A stretch of 64,000 nt of DNA from an uncultured Acidobacteriota bacterium (GTDB lineage Bacteria; Acidobacteriota; Polarisedimenticolia; J045): assembly GCA_963702425.1 (NCBI GenBank), contig CAVPCQ010000032.1, positions 160,001-224,000 of the forward strand, written 5' to 3'. The position numbers and the translations under genes are program-made. Of the stretch, positions 1 through 11,626 are shown piece after piece (the stretch's first letter is position 1; each line of letters opens with the position of its first letter). The notes beneath the pieces are model-generated. The model had not been told where the DNA came from and ran no database searches. It saw nothing but the letters and a program-made list of their open reading frames with translations.

Positions 1-2702
1 GGGACCGGGGGCGACAGCGTCCAGCTCGCCGAGGTCGCCAGCCCGGAGGCCGAGCCGCGATAGACCCGGACGGCGCCCTCCGCCGGGTAGGTGCCGTTGA
101 AGTACGGCGTACTCACGGCCAGGTCGGCAAAGCCGTCGCGGTCGACATCCCCCGCGCCGGCGATGCTCCAGCCGAAGAACGCCCCCGCCTGGTTCCCCTC
201 CGCCGTCCAGTTCGGGGACGGCGAGAGGCCTCCCGGCAGGCCGTGGTAGACGTAGACGGCACCCTCGCTGAGCTCCGGGCCGTCATGATTGATCGCGCTG
301 ATTGCGACATCGACGAACCCGTCGTTGTCGACGTCCCCGACCCCTGCGACGGCGTACCCGAAGTCGGCCAGAGCCTGGTCCCCCTGCGCCGTCCAGGCCG
401 GGCTCGACGCGGGCCCGAAAGCACCCCCCAGGAAGAGATACGCGCGGCCTTCCTGGCCCCCGGCATCGAAGTCCGGCGCGCCGACGAGCAGATCGGCGAA
501 GCCGTCGCCGTTGACGTCACCGGCAATCGCGATGGTGGAGCCGAAGCCGCTCGCGGCCTGGTACCCCGTCTTCGTCCAGCCGGCGGTGGTCGCGAGCCCC
601 ATCGGAGAGCCGAGGAAGACGAACGCCGCCCCCTCGTTCGTCGCATCGCCGTCGAAGTAGGGCGCCCCGACGATCACGTCGCTGTACCCGTTGCCGTCCA
701 CGTCGCCCGCGGTCGCAACGGACATGCCGAATCCCGCACCCGCCTGCTCGATGATCCCGGTCCAGCTCTCCGCCACCGGCAGGCCCGCCGCCGCGCCAAA
801 ATACCCGAGCACGGCGCCCGTGGTGCCATTCGGGTTATCGCGTCCCTCGACGCTGACCACGACGTCGCCGTAGCCGTCGCCGTTGACGTCCCCGGCGGTG
901 GCGACGTGGGCGCCGAGGGAGTCCTGGGCGAAGCCGTCGAGCGTCCACGCCGGCGACGTCGTCAGCCCGGAGGCCGAGCCGAGATAGGCGTAGGCGCGAC
1001 CGGCGAACGGCGCGACCGCACCATGGTTCGGCGCGCCGACCATCACGTCGGCGTAGCTGTCGCCGTTGACGTCGCCAGCCGTCGACACCGAGCTGCCGTA
1101 GTTCGCGCCTCCGTCCTCGCCGGTCGTGACCCACTGCGGGGAACCCGAGAGGCCGGTAGACGAGCCAAGGTAGACGTAGGCTCGCCCCTGGTGGGGCTCG
1201 CTCGCCATGTGATCGGGCGCGCCGACGATCACGTCGGCGAATCCGTCGTAGTTGACGTCCCCGGCGGTGCTGCCCGACGAGCCGAAGTGGTCGAGGCGTG
1301 CCTCGCCAACGACCGCCCACGAGGGGCTGACCGCGAGACCGCCCGACGATCCGTGGTAGACGAGCGCCCGGCCGCGCTCCTCCGTCCCGACCGAGTAGCG
1401 CCGCTCGCCGACGATGACGTCGCTGTAGCCGTCGCCGTTGACGTCGCCCGCGGTGGCGACGGAATACCCCAGCCACCCCTTGTAGAAGGTTCCGTCTGCG
1501 GTCCACGCCGGCGTCACTCCGAGTCCACCCGCCGACCCGAGGTAGACGAACGCACGGCCCTCCTCCTCCTGGCTGAACTCGAAACGAGGGGCTCCGACGA
1601 TGACGTCGCCGTAGCCGTCGCCGTTGACGTCGCCCGCCGTCCCGACCGACGCGCCAAACTGCGCGAACTGGTTGTTGCTCTCCGCGCTCCAGTTCGGCGT
1701 CGGCGACGGCCCGGAGGGGGATCCGAGGTACACGAACGCCCGGCCCTCGTCGACCAGGCCGTGGTCGTAGGCTTCGGCGCCGACGATCACGTCGCTGAAC
1801 CCGTCGCCGTTGACGTCCCCCGCGGTGGCTACCGACCAGCCGAACCACGCATTGGCCTGCCCCCCCTCCGCGGTCCACGCCGGAGTGGTCGCCAGGGGAT
1901 CAACCGTGACGGGGTAGGTCGCGGAGGCGTCGTCGACGACGATGCGGATCCCCCGTTCACCGCCCGAGATGAACCCCTCGAAGCGCGCTGCGAGCGGCCG
2001 GCCGCCCGCGTCGCTGACGTTCAGGCCGGCATAGTGCAGGACGGCCGGCTCGCCGCTCCGCGCGAAATCGATCGCCTGGCCGTCGGCGCTGATCCGCGGC
2101 GAGAGCGACCCTCGAAGCGCGAATTCGAGGACGAGCGGACGGCCGGCTCCGGCTGTCGCGCCGGACGGCATCGCGACGATCAGGCCGTGCTTCACGCCGC
2201 GCGCGGTATTCTCGAACCACTCGCGCGCCGCGTTGTGCTCGTAGTCGGCGCGCGCGCCTCGGATGGAGAGCCGCGGGGGCGCGACCGGCTCCGCTTCCCC
2301 GAGTCGTCCGACGCGCGCGAGGGACAGACCCCAGTCCCACGGCGGCGGATCGGCGGTGCGCGGGACGATGCGGATCCCCTCGGGGAGGAACCAGACGCGC
2401 CATCCGTGCGCGCGGTTCGGGGCCTGCCAAGCCCCGTCGATGCCCGCGAGCGGTGGCTTCTTCTGCCATGAGATGTCGTACTCCGATGCCGCGATCTGGG
2501 CCTCGACGCGGGACAACCAGCCGGCCGAAATCGACGAGTCGGGCCGCGCGGTGGGGACCGTCCCCTCCGCCGCCACGAGCTGTGTGATCCCGGCTGCGGC
2601 CACCAGCGCCAGTGCCACGGCGACTCCGCGCCCGGACGACGACGCGCGACACGAGCGCGACGCGCCCAACGCGCCGCGCGGCAGCAACGCGCTCCTGTTC
2701 AT
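1..2702 (-). CDS. Secreted FG-GAP (integrin-alpha-like beta-propeller) repeat protein; 3' end runs off the window
   Basis: Missing from the ORF track because it has no stop in the window. Translated by hand from ATG 2702 (MNRSALL...VAVALALVAAAG), with the same frame confirmed near position 179. Contains many GDVNGDG[YF][SA]DVIVGA repeats. N-terminal domain (SEYDISWQ...AWQAPNRAHGWR) is paralogous to the next gene. Confidence 0.9.
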   Translation of the reverse strand, partial: MNRSALLPRGALGASRSCRASSSGRGVAVALALVAAAGITQLVAAEGTVPTARPDSSISAGWLSRVEAQIAASEYDISWQKKPPLAGIDGAWQAPNRAHGWRVWFLPEGIRIVPRTADPPPWDWGLSLARVGRLGEAEPVAPPRLSIRGARADYEHNAAREWFENTARGVKHGLIVAMPSGATAGAGRPLVLEFALRGSLSPRISADGQAIDFARSGEPAVLHYAGLNVSDAGGRPLAARFEGFISGGERGIRIVVDDASATYPVTVDPLATTPAWTAEGGQANAWFGWSVATAGDVNGDGFSDVIVGAEAYDHGLVDEGRAFVYLGSPSGPSPTPNWSAESNNQFAQFGASVGTAGDVNGDGYGDVIVGAPRFEFSQEEEGRAFVYLGSAGGLGVTPAWTADGTFYKGWLGYSVATAGDVNGDGYSDVIVGERRYSVGTEERGRALVYHGSSGGLAVSPSWAVVGEARLDHFGSSGSTAGDVNYDGFADVIVGAPDHMASEPHQGRAYVYLGSSTGLSGSPQWVTTGEDGGANYGSSVSTAGDVNGDSYADVMVGAPNHGAVAPFAGRAYAYLGSASGLTTSPAWTLDGFAQDSLGAHVATAGDVNGDGYGDVVVSVEGRDNPNGTTGAVLGYFGAAAGLPVAESWTGIIEQAGAGFGMSVATAGDVDGNGYSDVIVGAPYFDGDATNEGAAFVFLGSPMGLATTAGWTKTGYQAASGFGSTIAIAGDVNGDGFADLLVGAPDFDAGGQEGRAYLFLGGAFGPASSPAWTAQGDQALADFGYAVAGVGDVDNDGFVDVAISAINHDGPELSEGAVYVYHGLPGGLSPSPNWTAEGNQAGAFFGWSIAGAGDVDRDGFADLAVSTPYFNGTYPAEGAVRVYRGSASGLATSASWTLSPPV

Positions 2703-3111
2703 GGGTTCCCCCTGACTCGCCAGCCGTGGCTCGGCGTCGCGCGGGAGTCGCGTCGGGACGATCTCGGCGCGGCCCCCGTCCCCGCGGGGCCGCCCTCCGG
2801 TCGCGCTGTGCTACGGATAGCGCCGTCGGGGCCAGCAACGCAAGGGCGGAACGACGCTTCTTTGCGAAAATGTCCGAGAGTGATGCTCGTTAAGCTCGGT
2901 TCTTCCCAGGAGCGTCTCGAACGAGCGCGCCGAGATGGCCCGAGACCGGGCGCTGCGCCCGGATCGCGGAAGCGCGGAGGGGGCCGCCGGATGGCGGCCC
3001 CCTCCGTCCCGCGAGGCGGCGACGGACAGGCTTGCGCTCCCATCCGCCGCCGCCGCGGGCGCCGCCCCGATGAGGGGAAGGCGTCCGCGCCGAGGGAGAC
3101 TCCTCCGCGGA

Positions 3112-6100
3112 TCAGGGGCAGGTGCGACCGGTGCGGGGCGATCCATCGCTGCGATCGCCGAGTGGGCCCTCGCCGGGGCGGGGGTTGTCCGCGCGGGTCA
3201 GGTAGAACACACCTGGCCGGCGGCGCGCTTGTGCGTCGGGTGTGGCTGGCCATGGCGTCGTCGGATTTCACGCACGTCGCCGCCATGTAGTCGGATGCGG
3301 TCGTCGCGCGCAGCGTGTCGTAGTACGTGAAGCTGCCGCCCGGATCCACCGGAGCATCCCAGTTGAGCGTGGTCCTGTCGCTGGCGAATCGGAGATTGCG
3401 GGTCTCTCCGGGTTGCGACCAGGCGCTGGGGGCGCTCTCGTTGCAGTCCTCGAAGTCGCGATGGCCGTCGCGGTCCGCATCGACGGTCAACGTCCGCAGT
3501 CGCGCCTCCTGCCAGCCGTTCCAGGGGGTCGTCAACCAGCGGCTGCGGGGCTGGAACGGGGTTGTCGCCGGGTTGTAGCGCAGCCGGACGCGCCAGTGAT
3601 AGCCGGCACTCTGGCTGTGCCCGGCGACCAGCTCGTCCAGCGTGACGCCCGAAACCCCGGTGTTCATCCAGGAGGCTTCGACGTGGGTCGCGGTCCCATC
3701 GAACAGCGTCCCGACCGGCTTGTCCTCCCACTCCAGCTTCACCTTGCCTCGCCCGAACGGCGTGCGCCCGATCAGCAGCAGGCGGAAGCCGTAACGATCC
3801 TCCGAGGTCCCGCGCAGGGCGATCTCGCCCAGGTCGTTCGAGCGCCGCTGCCGCGGCCTCAGGGAGATGCCGCCCCCGCCGGGGCCGCCGTTTCCGTAAT
3901 AGATCGCGAGGCGCCCGGCGTCCGTGCTCGCGGTGTCGTACCCGTAGGCACCGACGACGACCTCGGCGTAGCCGTCGCCGTTGAGATCGCCGGCCGACGC
4001 AACGCAGTAGCCGAACCTGTCTCCGAACTGGTTCCCCTCGTAGCTCCGGGTCGGGGAGGCCGGAAGTCCGGCAGCCGAGCCGTTGAACACGTAGGCCCAC
4101 CTGTTCATCTCGATGCCCACCGCGATGTCGGCATACCCGTCGCCGTCGACGTCGCCCGCTCCGGCAACCGAGTGGCCGAGCCTGTGGTAGTAGGACAGGT
4201 AGTTCGTGTAGGTCCAGGCCGGGTGCTCGCTCACACCGGACGAGTTCCCGTAGTACACGAACACCTTCCCCTCCTCGCCGCTCGGGCCCTCGCACCTCGG
4301 CGCGCCGACCACGATGTCGGAGTAGCCGTCGCCGTTCACGTCGCCGGCCGACGCCACGGATTCGCCGAATCCTGTGTCCGCGTTGTCGCAGGTCTCGAAC
4401 CGGGACAGGTCGCCCATGCCGGTGCGCACGCCGGAGGCCGAGCCGAAATACAGCCGCACGGGCACACTCCGCCCGCCGGCGATGAGGTCCGAGTAGCCGT
4501 CGCGGTTCACGTCGCCCGCCGAGGCCACGGAGGTGCCGTACAGATCGTCGTGATAGTTGCTGCAGTGCCAGCGGCCGTCCGCCACCGGGCCGCTCGCCGA
4601 GCCGTGGTAGACCCAGATGCAACCCTGGTCGACGTCCCAGTAGTCGTAGTACGGCGCACCCACCACGATGTCGGCATAGCCGTCGCCGTTGATGTCTCCC
4701 GCCGACGCGACCGACCATCCGTACCGGGCGTCGACATGGTTGCTCTCCGCCGTCCAGCCCGCGCTCCCCGCCAGCCCCGTCGCGGATCCGTAGTACAGGA
4801 GCACCCGGCCTTCGTTGATCTGCCCGTTGTCGTAGTAGGGATCGCCCACGAGCACGTCGCTGAACCCGTCGCCATTGACGTCGCCGGCCGACGCGACGCT
4901 CTCGCCGCCGACGCTGTTGACGGACCAGTCGGCGGTCGAGTCGGCGCCGGACGCCGAGCCGTAGTACGCCTTCGCCCCGTTGCCGCCCGGGCCGCCGGCA
5001 ATGAGATCGGCGTAGCCGTCGCCGTTGACGTCGCCCGCCGAGGCGACCGTGTAGCCCAGCTCCCCCGGGGGGCCGAAGATCTCGGTGGCGTAGAAGCCCG
5101 AGAGCCCGTTCGAGCCGCCGTGGTAGACGAACGCCGCGCCCTCGTCGAACTGCCCGTCGTCGTAGTACTGCGCCCCGACGATCACGTCGGAGATAGCCGT
5201 CACCGTTCACATCGCCGGCCGTGGCGACCGAGCGCCCGAAGAGCGCGGACGCCTGGTTCGACTCCGCCGTCCAGCTGGCGTTGCCCGCCAGCCCCCCCGC
5301 CGAGCCGAGGATCACGCTGGCCCGGCCCTCGTCGGTTTCCCCGTTGTCGTAGTACAGGGCGCTCACGATGACGTCCGCATAGCCGTCGCCGTTCACGTCG
5401 CCGGCGGTCCCCACGGAGCGGCCCAGCTCGGAGTTGGCCTGGTCGTTCTCGTAGGACCACGCCCATACCGGCGAGCCGGCTGCGCCGCCGTGGTAGACGA
5501 ACGCCCGGCCTTCGTTGACCTGGCCGTTGTCGTAGTACATCGCGCCGGCGATGATGTCGGCGTAGCCGTCGCCGTTGACGTCGCCGGCCGTCCCCACGGA
5601 TTCGCCGAGGTGCGCATCGGCCTGGTTGCACTGGCCGATCCAGCTCGCCTTGGTCTCGAGCTTGCTGCCGTCGCTTCGGAACAGGAACACACCGCCTTCG
5701 TCGGCCTCGCCGCTGTCGAAGAGCGGCGCCCCGACCACGACGTCGGAGTGGCCGTCGCCGTTGACGTCCCCCGCCGTGCCGACCGCGAAGCCGAAGAGCG
5801 CCGACGCCTGCCCGCCATAGGCCACCCAGCTCGGGGACACGGGGAAGTATCTGCCGTCGCTGTAATAGGCGAACGCCGCGCCCTCGTTGACGAAGGTGCT
5901 GTCGTAGTAGTGGGCACCGACGATGATGTCGGAGTAGCCGTCGTTCTGGACGTCCCCGGCCGTCGCGACGGTCCAGCCGAAGTAGCTCGAGGCCTGGTTG
6001 CTCTCGCCGGTCCAGCGCGCCGTGGTGCTCAGCCCTCCCGAGCTGCCGCAGTAGACGTAGGCCCGGCCTTCGTCCGTCTGCCCGTTGTCGTAGTTCGGGG

Positions 6101-7161
6101 CGCCGACGATGACGTCGGAGTACCCGTCGCCATCCATGTCCCCGACCGTAGCCACCGCAAACCCGAGGTTCGCATCGGCCTGGTTGGATTCGGTGGACCA
6201 GGCGGCCGTCGTCGCAAGCCCGGCCGCCGAGCCGTGGAACACGAAGGCCCGCCCCTCGTTCGTCTGCCCGTTGTCGTAGTAGGGCGCGCCGACGATGACG
6301 TCGGAGTAGCCGTCGCCGTTGACGTCGCCCGCGGTCGCCACCGCGTAGCCGAAGTTGGCCTGGACCTGGTTCGCCTCGCCGATCCACGACGGGGAGGTCG
6401 CGAGCGGGTCGACGTAGAGCGGGTAGCTCGCGCCGCGGTCGTCGATCAGGATCCGGATCCCGCGCGCGCCGTCCCCGCTCCAGCCCGCGAATCGCGCGGG
6501 AAGCTCGCGGTCCCTCGCGTCCGCGACCTTCAGCTGCGCGAGGTGAACGACCGGCGCCCAGTCTCCCGCCGCGAAGTCGATCGCCTGGCCGTCCTCGCTG
6601 AGCCGGGGCGAGAGCGTCCCGGTGAGCGCGAACTGCAGCACGAGCGGCCGGCCGCCGCCCGCACCGCCGACACCCTCGGGAGGCGCCGGAGATGGTGAGC
6701 CCCTGCTCGAGCCCGCGCGGGGAGTTCGTCGTACCACTCCTGGATCTCGCCGCGATCGTAGGTGATCCGGCCCTCGTGCGGTGCGAGCCGTGCGGGCGGC
6801 GCGGGTGCGAGGCGATCGTCGCGACCGGTGGCAACCAGCTCGAGCCCCCACTCCCAGGAGGGCTCCGGCGCGGTGCGTCGCACCACGCGCACGCCGCGCT
6901 CGGTGAAGTAGATGCGGAAGTCGTGGGCGCGGTTCGGCGCGTGCCACGCCGCGTCGAGGTCGGGCAGCACCGTCCGGTCCTGCCAGGTGACGAAGTACTC
7001 CGACTCACGAATCCCATTCTGGGCCTCGGAGAACCAGTCGTCGGAGGCGCCGGCGAGGGCGGAGTCGATGGTCGGCTCGCAGCGGGGTGATCCATGACGG
7101 TCTGCGCCATAACCGGCGCCGTGGCGAGAAGCACGACAGCGAGTGCGCAAGTGCGATTCAT
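3112..7161 (-). CDS. Secreted FG-GAP repeat protein with a DxDxDG/DCN metal-binding-like motif and C-terminal CP-ending domain (several frameshifts)
   Basis: Stitched from ORFs 5200..7209 (signal peptide MNRTCALAVVLLATAPVMA), 6530..7561, 3198..6947 and 2699..5203. More than 10 FG-GAP repeats. Final frame reads FYLTRADNP..GEGPLGDRSDGSPRTGRTCP with TGA at 3112-3114. Confidence 0.85.
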
Positions 7162-7403
7162 CGTCCACCCCCGTTCCGGGCCCGGCGGACTCACGGGCCG
7201 CGAGCGCAAGATCAGGGCTGCCGGAGACTCGAGAGGACTCCCGTCCGCGGAGCACCTCAGCGATCAATAGACACATAGCTGGCGGCGGCCGTTTCCCCTC
7301 GCTCTCTGAGATTTCCGGTCCGCCACCGTTCGACAGACGGAGAAGGCCGGGAGGGCGTCGTCTTACCTCATCGAGCACCTTTGTTCTCCTGTAAATTGAC
7401 GCC

Positions 7404-7979
7404 GTGGGGTCCGGGGACATTCCGCGCGAGTCCGACGCTGCGGCGGGAGGCGCCGCCGAGGAGGCGTTGGCGCAGGCAGCGATCGAAACCCTCCGGTGGC
7501 GAGTCATCGCCGCCGTGCGCAGGACCTGTCCGGCCTGGCTCGCCGAACGAGCCGAGGACATCGTCCAGAACGTCCTGACGCAACTGGTCGCGCAGGCCCG
7601 GGCCAGTGAGGGGGAGAGGACCTACTCGGCTATCTACTTGGAGAAGGCGGCCTACGGAGCGACCGTGGCGGAGATTCGCCGGCACTGCCGACGGCGGGAG
7701 GAGTCCATGGAGGAACGCGAGACGGTCCTCGAGACTCCGGCGCGCTACGCCGGCCCGGAGCGCGACGCCGCCGCGCACGAGATCGCCCGAGGGATCCAGG
7801 AGTGCCTGGCGCGGCTGCTTCCATCGCGCCGGATGGCGGTCGCGCTGCACCTCTACGGCTGCACGGTTCCGGAGACGGCGCGCCGGCTCGGGTGGACCCC
7901 CAAGAAGACCGAGAACCTCGTTCTCCGGGGTCTGCACGAGCTTCGCTCCTGCCTGGCGGCGAAGGGGCTGAGGCCATGA
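7404..7979 (+). CDS. ECF-type RNA polymerase sigma-70 factor
   Basis: Region 2 AEDIVQNVL and region 4.2 CLARLLPSRRMAVALHLYGCTVPETARRLGWTPKKTENLVLRGLHELRSCL; 191 aa. Start codon uncertain. Confidence 0.85.
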   Translation: MGSGDIPRESDAAAGGAAEEALAQAAIETLRWRVIAAVRRTCPAWLAERAEDIVQNVLTQLVAQARASEGERTYSAIYLEKAAYGATVAEIRRHCRRREESMEERETVLETPARYAGPERDAAAHEIARGIQECLARLLPSRRMAVALHLYGCTVPETARRLGWTPKKTENLVLRGLHELRSCLAAKGLRP

Positions 7980-8641
7980 GCGGCGACACGTACCCGATCC
8001 GCGAACTGAGCGCGGCGCTGGGGCGCGTGACACAGATCGCGGGACAGGGCGAGCGGTGCCCCGCGCCGGATCGGCTCTGGGACTCCGCGCGCGAGCAGTT
8101 GTCGCGGACCGACGACCAGGCGGTGGTCCTGCACCTCGCGGAGTGTTCCGCGTGCGCCGCCGCGTGGCGGCTCGCTCGTGACCTGGCGGGGGCGAGCGTC
8201 GTTCCCGAGACGCTCGCCGAGCGGCCTCGCGAGCGGCGGTGGAACTGGACGCCGCTGGCGGCAGCGGCGGCGCTGCTCGTGGCAATCGCCGGCGGCGGGA
8301 TCTACCTGCTCTCCCAGCGTCCCGCTGCCGCGCCGGCGTACCGGGCGCAGCAGGAGGACTGGCTGCAGCCGGCCGCGGGGATGGAAGCGCCGCTGCCGCG
8401 CGAGCGGTTCGTGCTGCGCTGGACCCCGGGCCCCGAGGGTTCCACCTACGATCTCCGCGTGACGACCGAGCGGCTGGCGTTGCTGGCGCGCGTGCAGCGG
8501 CTCGATCGCGCGACATACCAGGTCCCGCCGGAATCGCTGCAGGACGTGGCCGCTGGCGGACGGGTCCTGTGGCAAGTGACCGCGCACCTGCCGGACGGCC
8601 GCCGGACGGACTCGCAGACGTTCATCGCGCTGCTCGAGTGA
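7976..8641 (+). CDS. Zinc-binding (HxxxCxxC) transmembrane anti-sigma factor with extracytoplasmic domain
   Basis: ATGA overlap with the sigma stop. Has HLAECSAC, a TM helix PLAAAAALLVAIAGGGIYLL, and a beta-rich C-terminal domain (FVLRWTP...YDLRV...VLWQVTA). Confidence 0.85.
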   Translation: MSGDTYPIRELSAALGRVTQIAGQGERCPAPDRLWDSAREQLSRTDDQAVVLHLAECSACAAAWRLARDLAGASVVPETLAERPRERRWNWTPLAAAAALLVAIAGGGIYLLSQRPAAAPAYRAQQEDWLQPAAGMEAPLPRERFVLRWTPGPEGSTYDLRVTTERLALLARVQRLDRATYQVPPESLQDVAAGGRVLWQVTAHLPDGRRTDSQTFIALLE

Positions 8642-8651
8642 CGGGAGCACG

Positions 8652-11523
8652 GTGACGCGGACCGCGCGGGCTCTCTCTTCGGCCGGCGTCGCGCTGGCGC
8701 TGGCGGGGTTCCCTTCCGCGCCGCTGGCGGCCCCTCCCCACCCCTCCGAAGCCATCGCACGCTGCCAGGCCGCCGTGCGCGACCACCCGAGCGACCTCGA
8801 GGCCTACCGCTGCTTCTGGTCGGCGGCGCGCAATCTCCAGTCGTGGGACGACGCGACCCGCGCGCTCGAGGCGATGCTGACGATCGATCCGGCGAACCAC
8901 CGGGCACGGCTGTACCTCGCGGCGATCGAGGCCGACCAGGGCCGGGACCGGGCCGAGTCGCTGTACGTCCAGGCCGCCGACGGCTTTGCAGCGACGAACG
9001 ACGCGACGGGCGAAGCGTACGCCCGGCTCGCCCTGGCCTACTTCCTGCGCGCCAGGAGCCGTCTCGACGCGGCGGGTCCGCAGCTCGAACGGGCGCACCG
9101 CGCAGCCAGCTCGTCCGGTGACCGGGTGCTCCTGGGACGGGTTCTTGCAGCCCGGGCGATGCTGTGCGCGGACCGCGAGGACTACGGCTGCGCGCTCCGC
9201 CTCGAACGCGAGGCCGAGACGGCGGTCTTCCCCGACGGTCCGTCCGACATCCGGTCCGCCGTCCTCTCGGGGCTCGGGCGGGTGCACTGGGCCCTGGGAC
9301 TCTACCGGAAGGCCACGGAGTTCTACGCGCGGGAAGTCGACGTTCTGAGCGCCGCAGGCGACCAGTTCGCGGTGGTCGGCCCCCGCTACAACATCGCGCT
9401 CCTGGCGGGCGAGATGCTCGAGTCGGGGCAGCTCGAGTCCGGCAGAGTACCTGGCGCGGGTCCGGGAGGTCCTGGATGCCGCACTCCGCGTCCATCACCC
9501 GGCGATCGAGATCCGCGCGCGTCTGCTCCTGGGCGAGGCCCTCGAGGGAGCGGCAGCGATCGACCAGGCGACCCGTGCGCTCGACCGCGCGCGCCAGGTC
9601 GGCGACCGGCGCAGCGCTCGCGCGGCACTCAACCTGCTGGCCCTGCGCACCGGGGACGCCGCACCGGACGGGCGCGACGAGGCGCTGTCCTTCGTCGATC
9701 GCTCGCTTGCGGACGCGCGCGCGACGGGAGAGACGGAGGACGTGGCGCGCGGCTTGATCGTTCGCGCCGAACTGCAGTGGAAGGCGGGCGACCACGACGG
9801 GTGGACCTCCACGGCGCAGGAGGCGATGGCCGCGATCGAGAAAGTCCGCGATCTCCAGCCCGAGGGGACCGTCCGCGCCCGCGTCTTCTCGCGCTGGGCT
9901 GAGGCGTATCACCGCTTTTCCGGCTGGCTGCTGGGCGACCTTGCAGGCTCGCCGTCCCCGGCGAGCGACCTCGACCTCGCGATCCGCATCGCGGAGCGGA
10001 TGCGCGCCCGGACACTGCTCGACGAACTCGATGCTGCGCATGTGCAACCATCCGCCGGCCGGGACGGCCCTCTCGGCGGGCGGCGGGCCGATGTACTCCG
10101 GCAAGATCGGCGAGGTCCAGAAGCGTCTGCTGGCGCCGTCCCTGGCCGCCGGAGACCGGCAGTCCGCGCTCGACGAACTCGAGCGCCTGGAAGCCGAGGA
10201 GGAGGACCTCCGGGATGCCCTTGCGCGCCAGGACCCCACCTTCGCGCGGCGGCGGGCGCCGTCGATCCCGTCGCTCGCCGAGCTGCAGGCGCGGCTTGCG
10301 GGCGACCAGGCGCTGCTGCTGTATCAGCTTTCGAGGCACGGGCGCTCCGCGTGGCGGAAACTCGACGCCGGCGGCTCGTGGGTCGTGGTGATGACGCGCG
10401 ACGAGGCGCGCGCGATCGCCCTTCCCGATGAGGACGTCCTCGAAGCGCAGATCGCGGTGTTCGTCGGCCTGTTCCTCCGTCGCGACGGCTCGGAGCGCGC
10501 CGCCGCCGGGGAACTCGGCCACGCGCTGCTGGCGGCGGCACTGAACGAGGCGCCGCCCAGGGTCCGCCGCCTGGTGATCGTTCCGGACGGCGTGCTGCAC
10601 CAGCTTCCGTTCGAGGCCCTCGCCGTGGACGGATCGGGCGCGCCCGTGATCGAGCGCTACGAGGTCGCCTATGCGCCGTCGGCGGCGCTGTGGCTCCGCT
10701 GGCAGCGAGGACGACCGGCCGGCCACGACCGGGGGCGTCCGGTCGCTGGCCGATCCGCTGCTCCCGGTCGCACCAGCCGCGGCAATCCAGCGCACCGCCG
10801 ACGGCTGGCTGGAGGGGTTGCGTCTCGGCCCGCTCGGTTCGCGATGCCGCGAGGGAAGCACCGAGGAGGGCCGGGAGAGGCGGTCGCGCACGCGGTGAGG
10901 CCACGGAGAAGCGCCTGAAGACGACCTCGCTCGGGGACTTCAGCGTGATCCACCTGGCGGCGCACGCCGTGGTGGACGACGACCATCCCGAGCGCTCGGC
11001 GGTCGTCCTTGCCCCGGGGGACGGCGAGGAGGACGGCCTGCTGCAGGCGTCCGAGATCGCCGGCCTGGACCTGCGGGGGAAGGTCGTCATCCTGTCGGCG
11101 TGCCGCACCGCGTCGGGGGCAGTGCTCGAGGGCGAAGGCGTAATGGGCCTGGCGCGCGCCTTCTTCGAGGCGGGAGCCCGGGCCGTCGTCGGCAGCCTGT
11201 GGCCACTTCGGGACGACGACGCGGCGGCCCTGATGGAGCAGCTCTCGCGGGAGCTCGCGCGCGGACAGCCTGTGGCGGCAGCGCTCGCGGACGCACGGCG
11301 GGAACGTCTCGCTGCCGGCGCGCCCACCGCCGCCTGGGCGGGTTTGGTGGTCCTCGGAGACGGCGACGCGGCGCCGCTGGCCGCGCGGCGCGGCGAAGCC
11401 GGTGCAGCGCCGCGCTGGCTCTGGTGGCTGGTTCCGACCGCCGTCCTGGCCGGCGCCGGATTCCTGGCGTACCGCGTCGTGCGCCGCATCCGGAACCCGC
11501 AGGGGTGCAGCGCGACGAGGTGA
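8652..11523 (+). CDS. TPR + CHAT (caspase-like) protease with signal peptide and C-terminal TM anchor (about 4 frameshifts)
   Basis: Stitched from ORFs starting 8652, 9742, 9941, 10671 and 10690. CHAT motifs: LVIVPDGVLHQLPFEAL, IHLAAHA (His), DGLLQASEI, VILSACRT (Cys), GLARAFFEAGARAVVGSLW, WAGLVVLGD. Tail WLWWLVPTAVLAGAGFLAYRVVRR. Confidence 0.85.
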
Positions 11524-11596
11524 GGCGTCGCCCGGCGTCCCGAAGGACTCCGTTGGGCGGCTCGCTGTGGCAACCCGACCGACCCTGGCGGCCCGA

Positions 11597-11626
11597 TTGA
11601 CAAGCGCCGCGGTCCGGCGCGTCTTT
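11597..11626 (+). promoter_or_regulatory. Putative ECF-type promoter GACAA-N16-CGTC, probably autoregulatory
   Basis: ttGACAAgcgccgcggtccggcgCGTCttt lies immediately before the second ECF gene. CGT(C) -10 elements are typical of ECF promoters. Confidence 0.45.

Noticed and set aside
243-2471. Long antisense and alternate-frame ORFs (e.g. 243..2471+, 3242..5371+, 24077..27376+, 51233..53119+)
   Set aside because: They are shadow ORFs of real genes in high-GC DNA, with low-complexity R/A/G/P or V/D-rich translations and no motifs.
1-6400. Recurrent DNA motif gccgtcgccgttgacgtc as a DNA repeat array or DGR template
   Set aside because: It is the coding sequence of FG-GAP repeats (DVNGDG). There is no reverse transcriptase and no adenine-specific variation.
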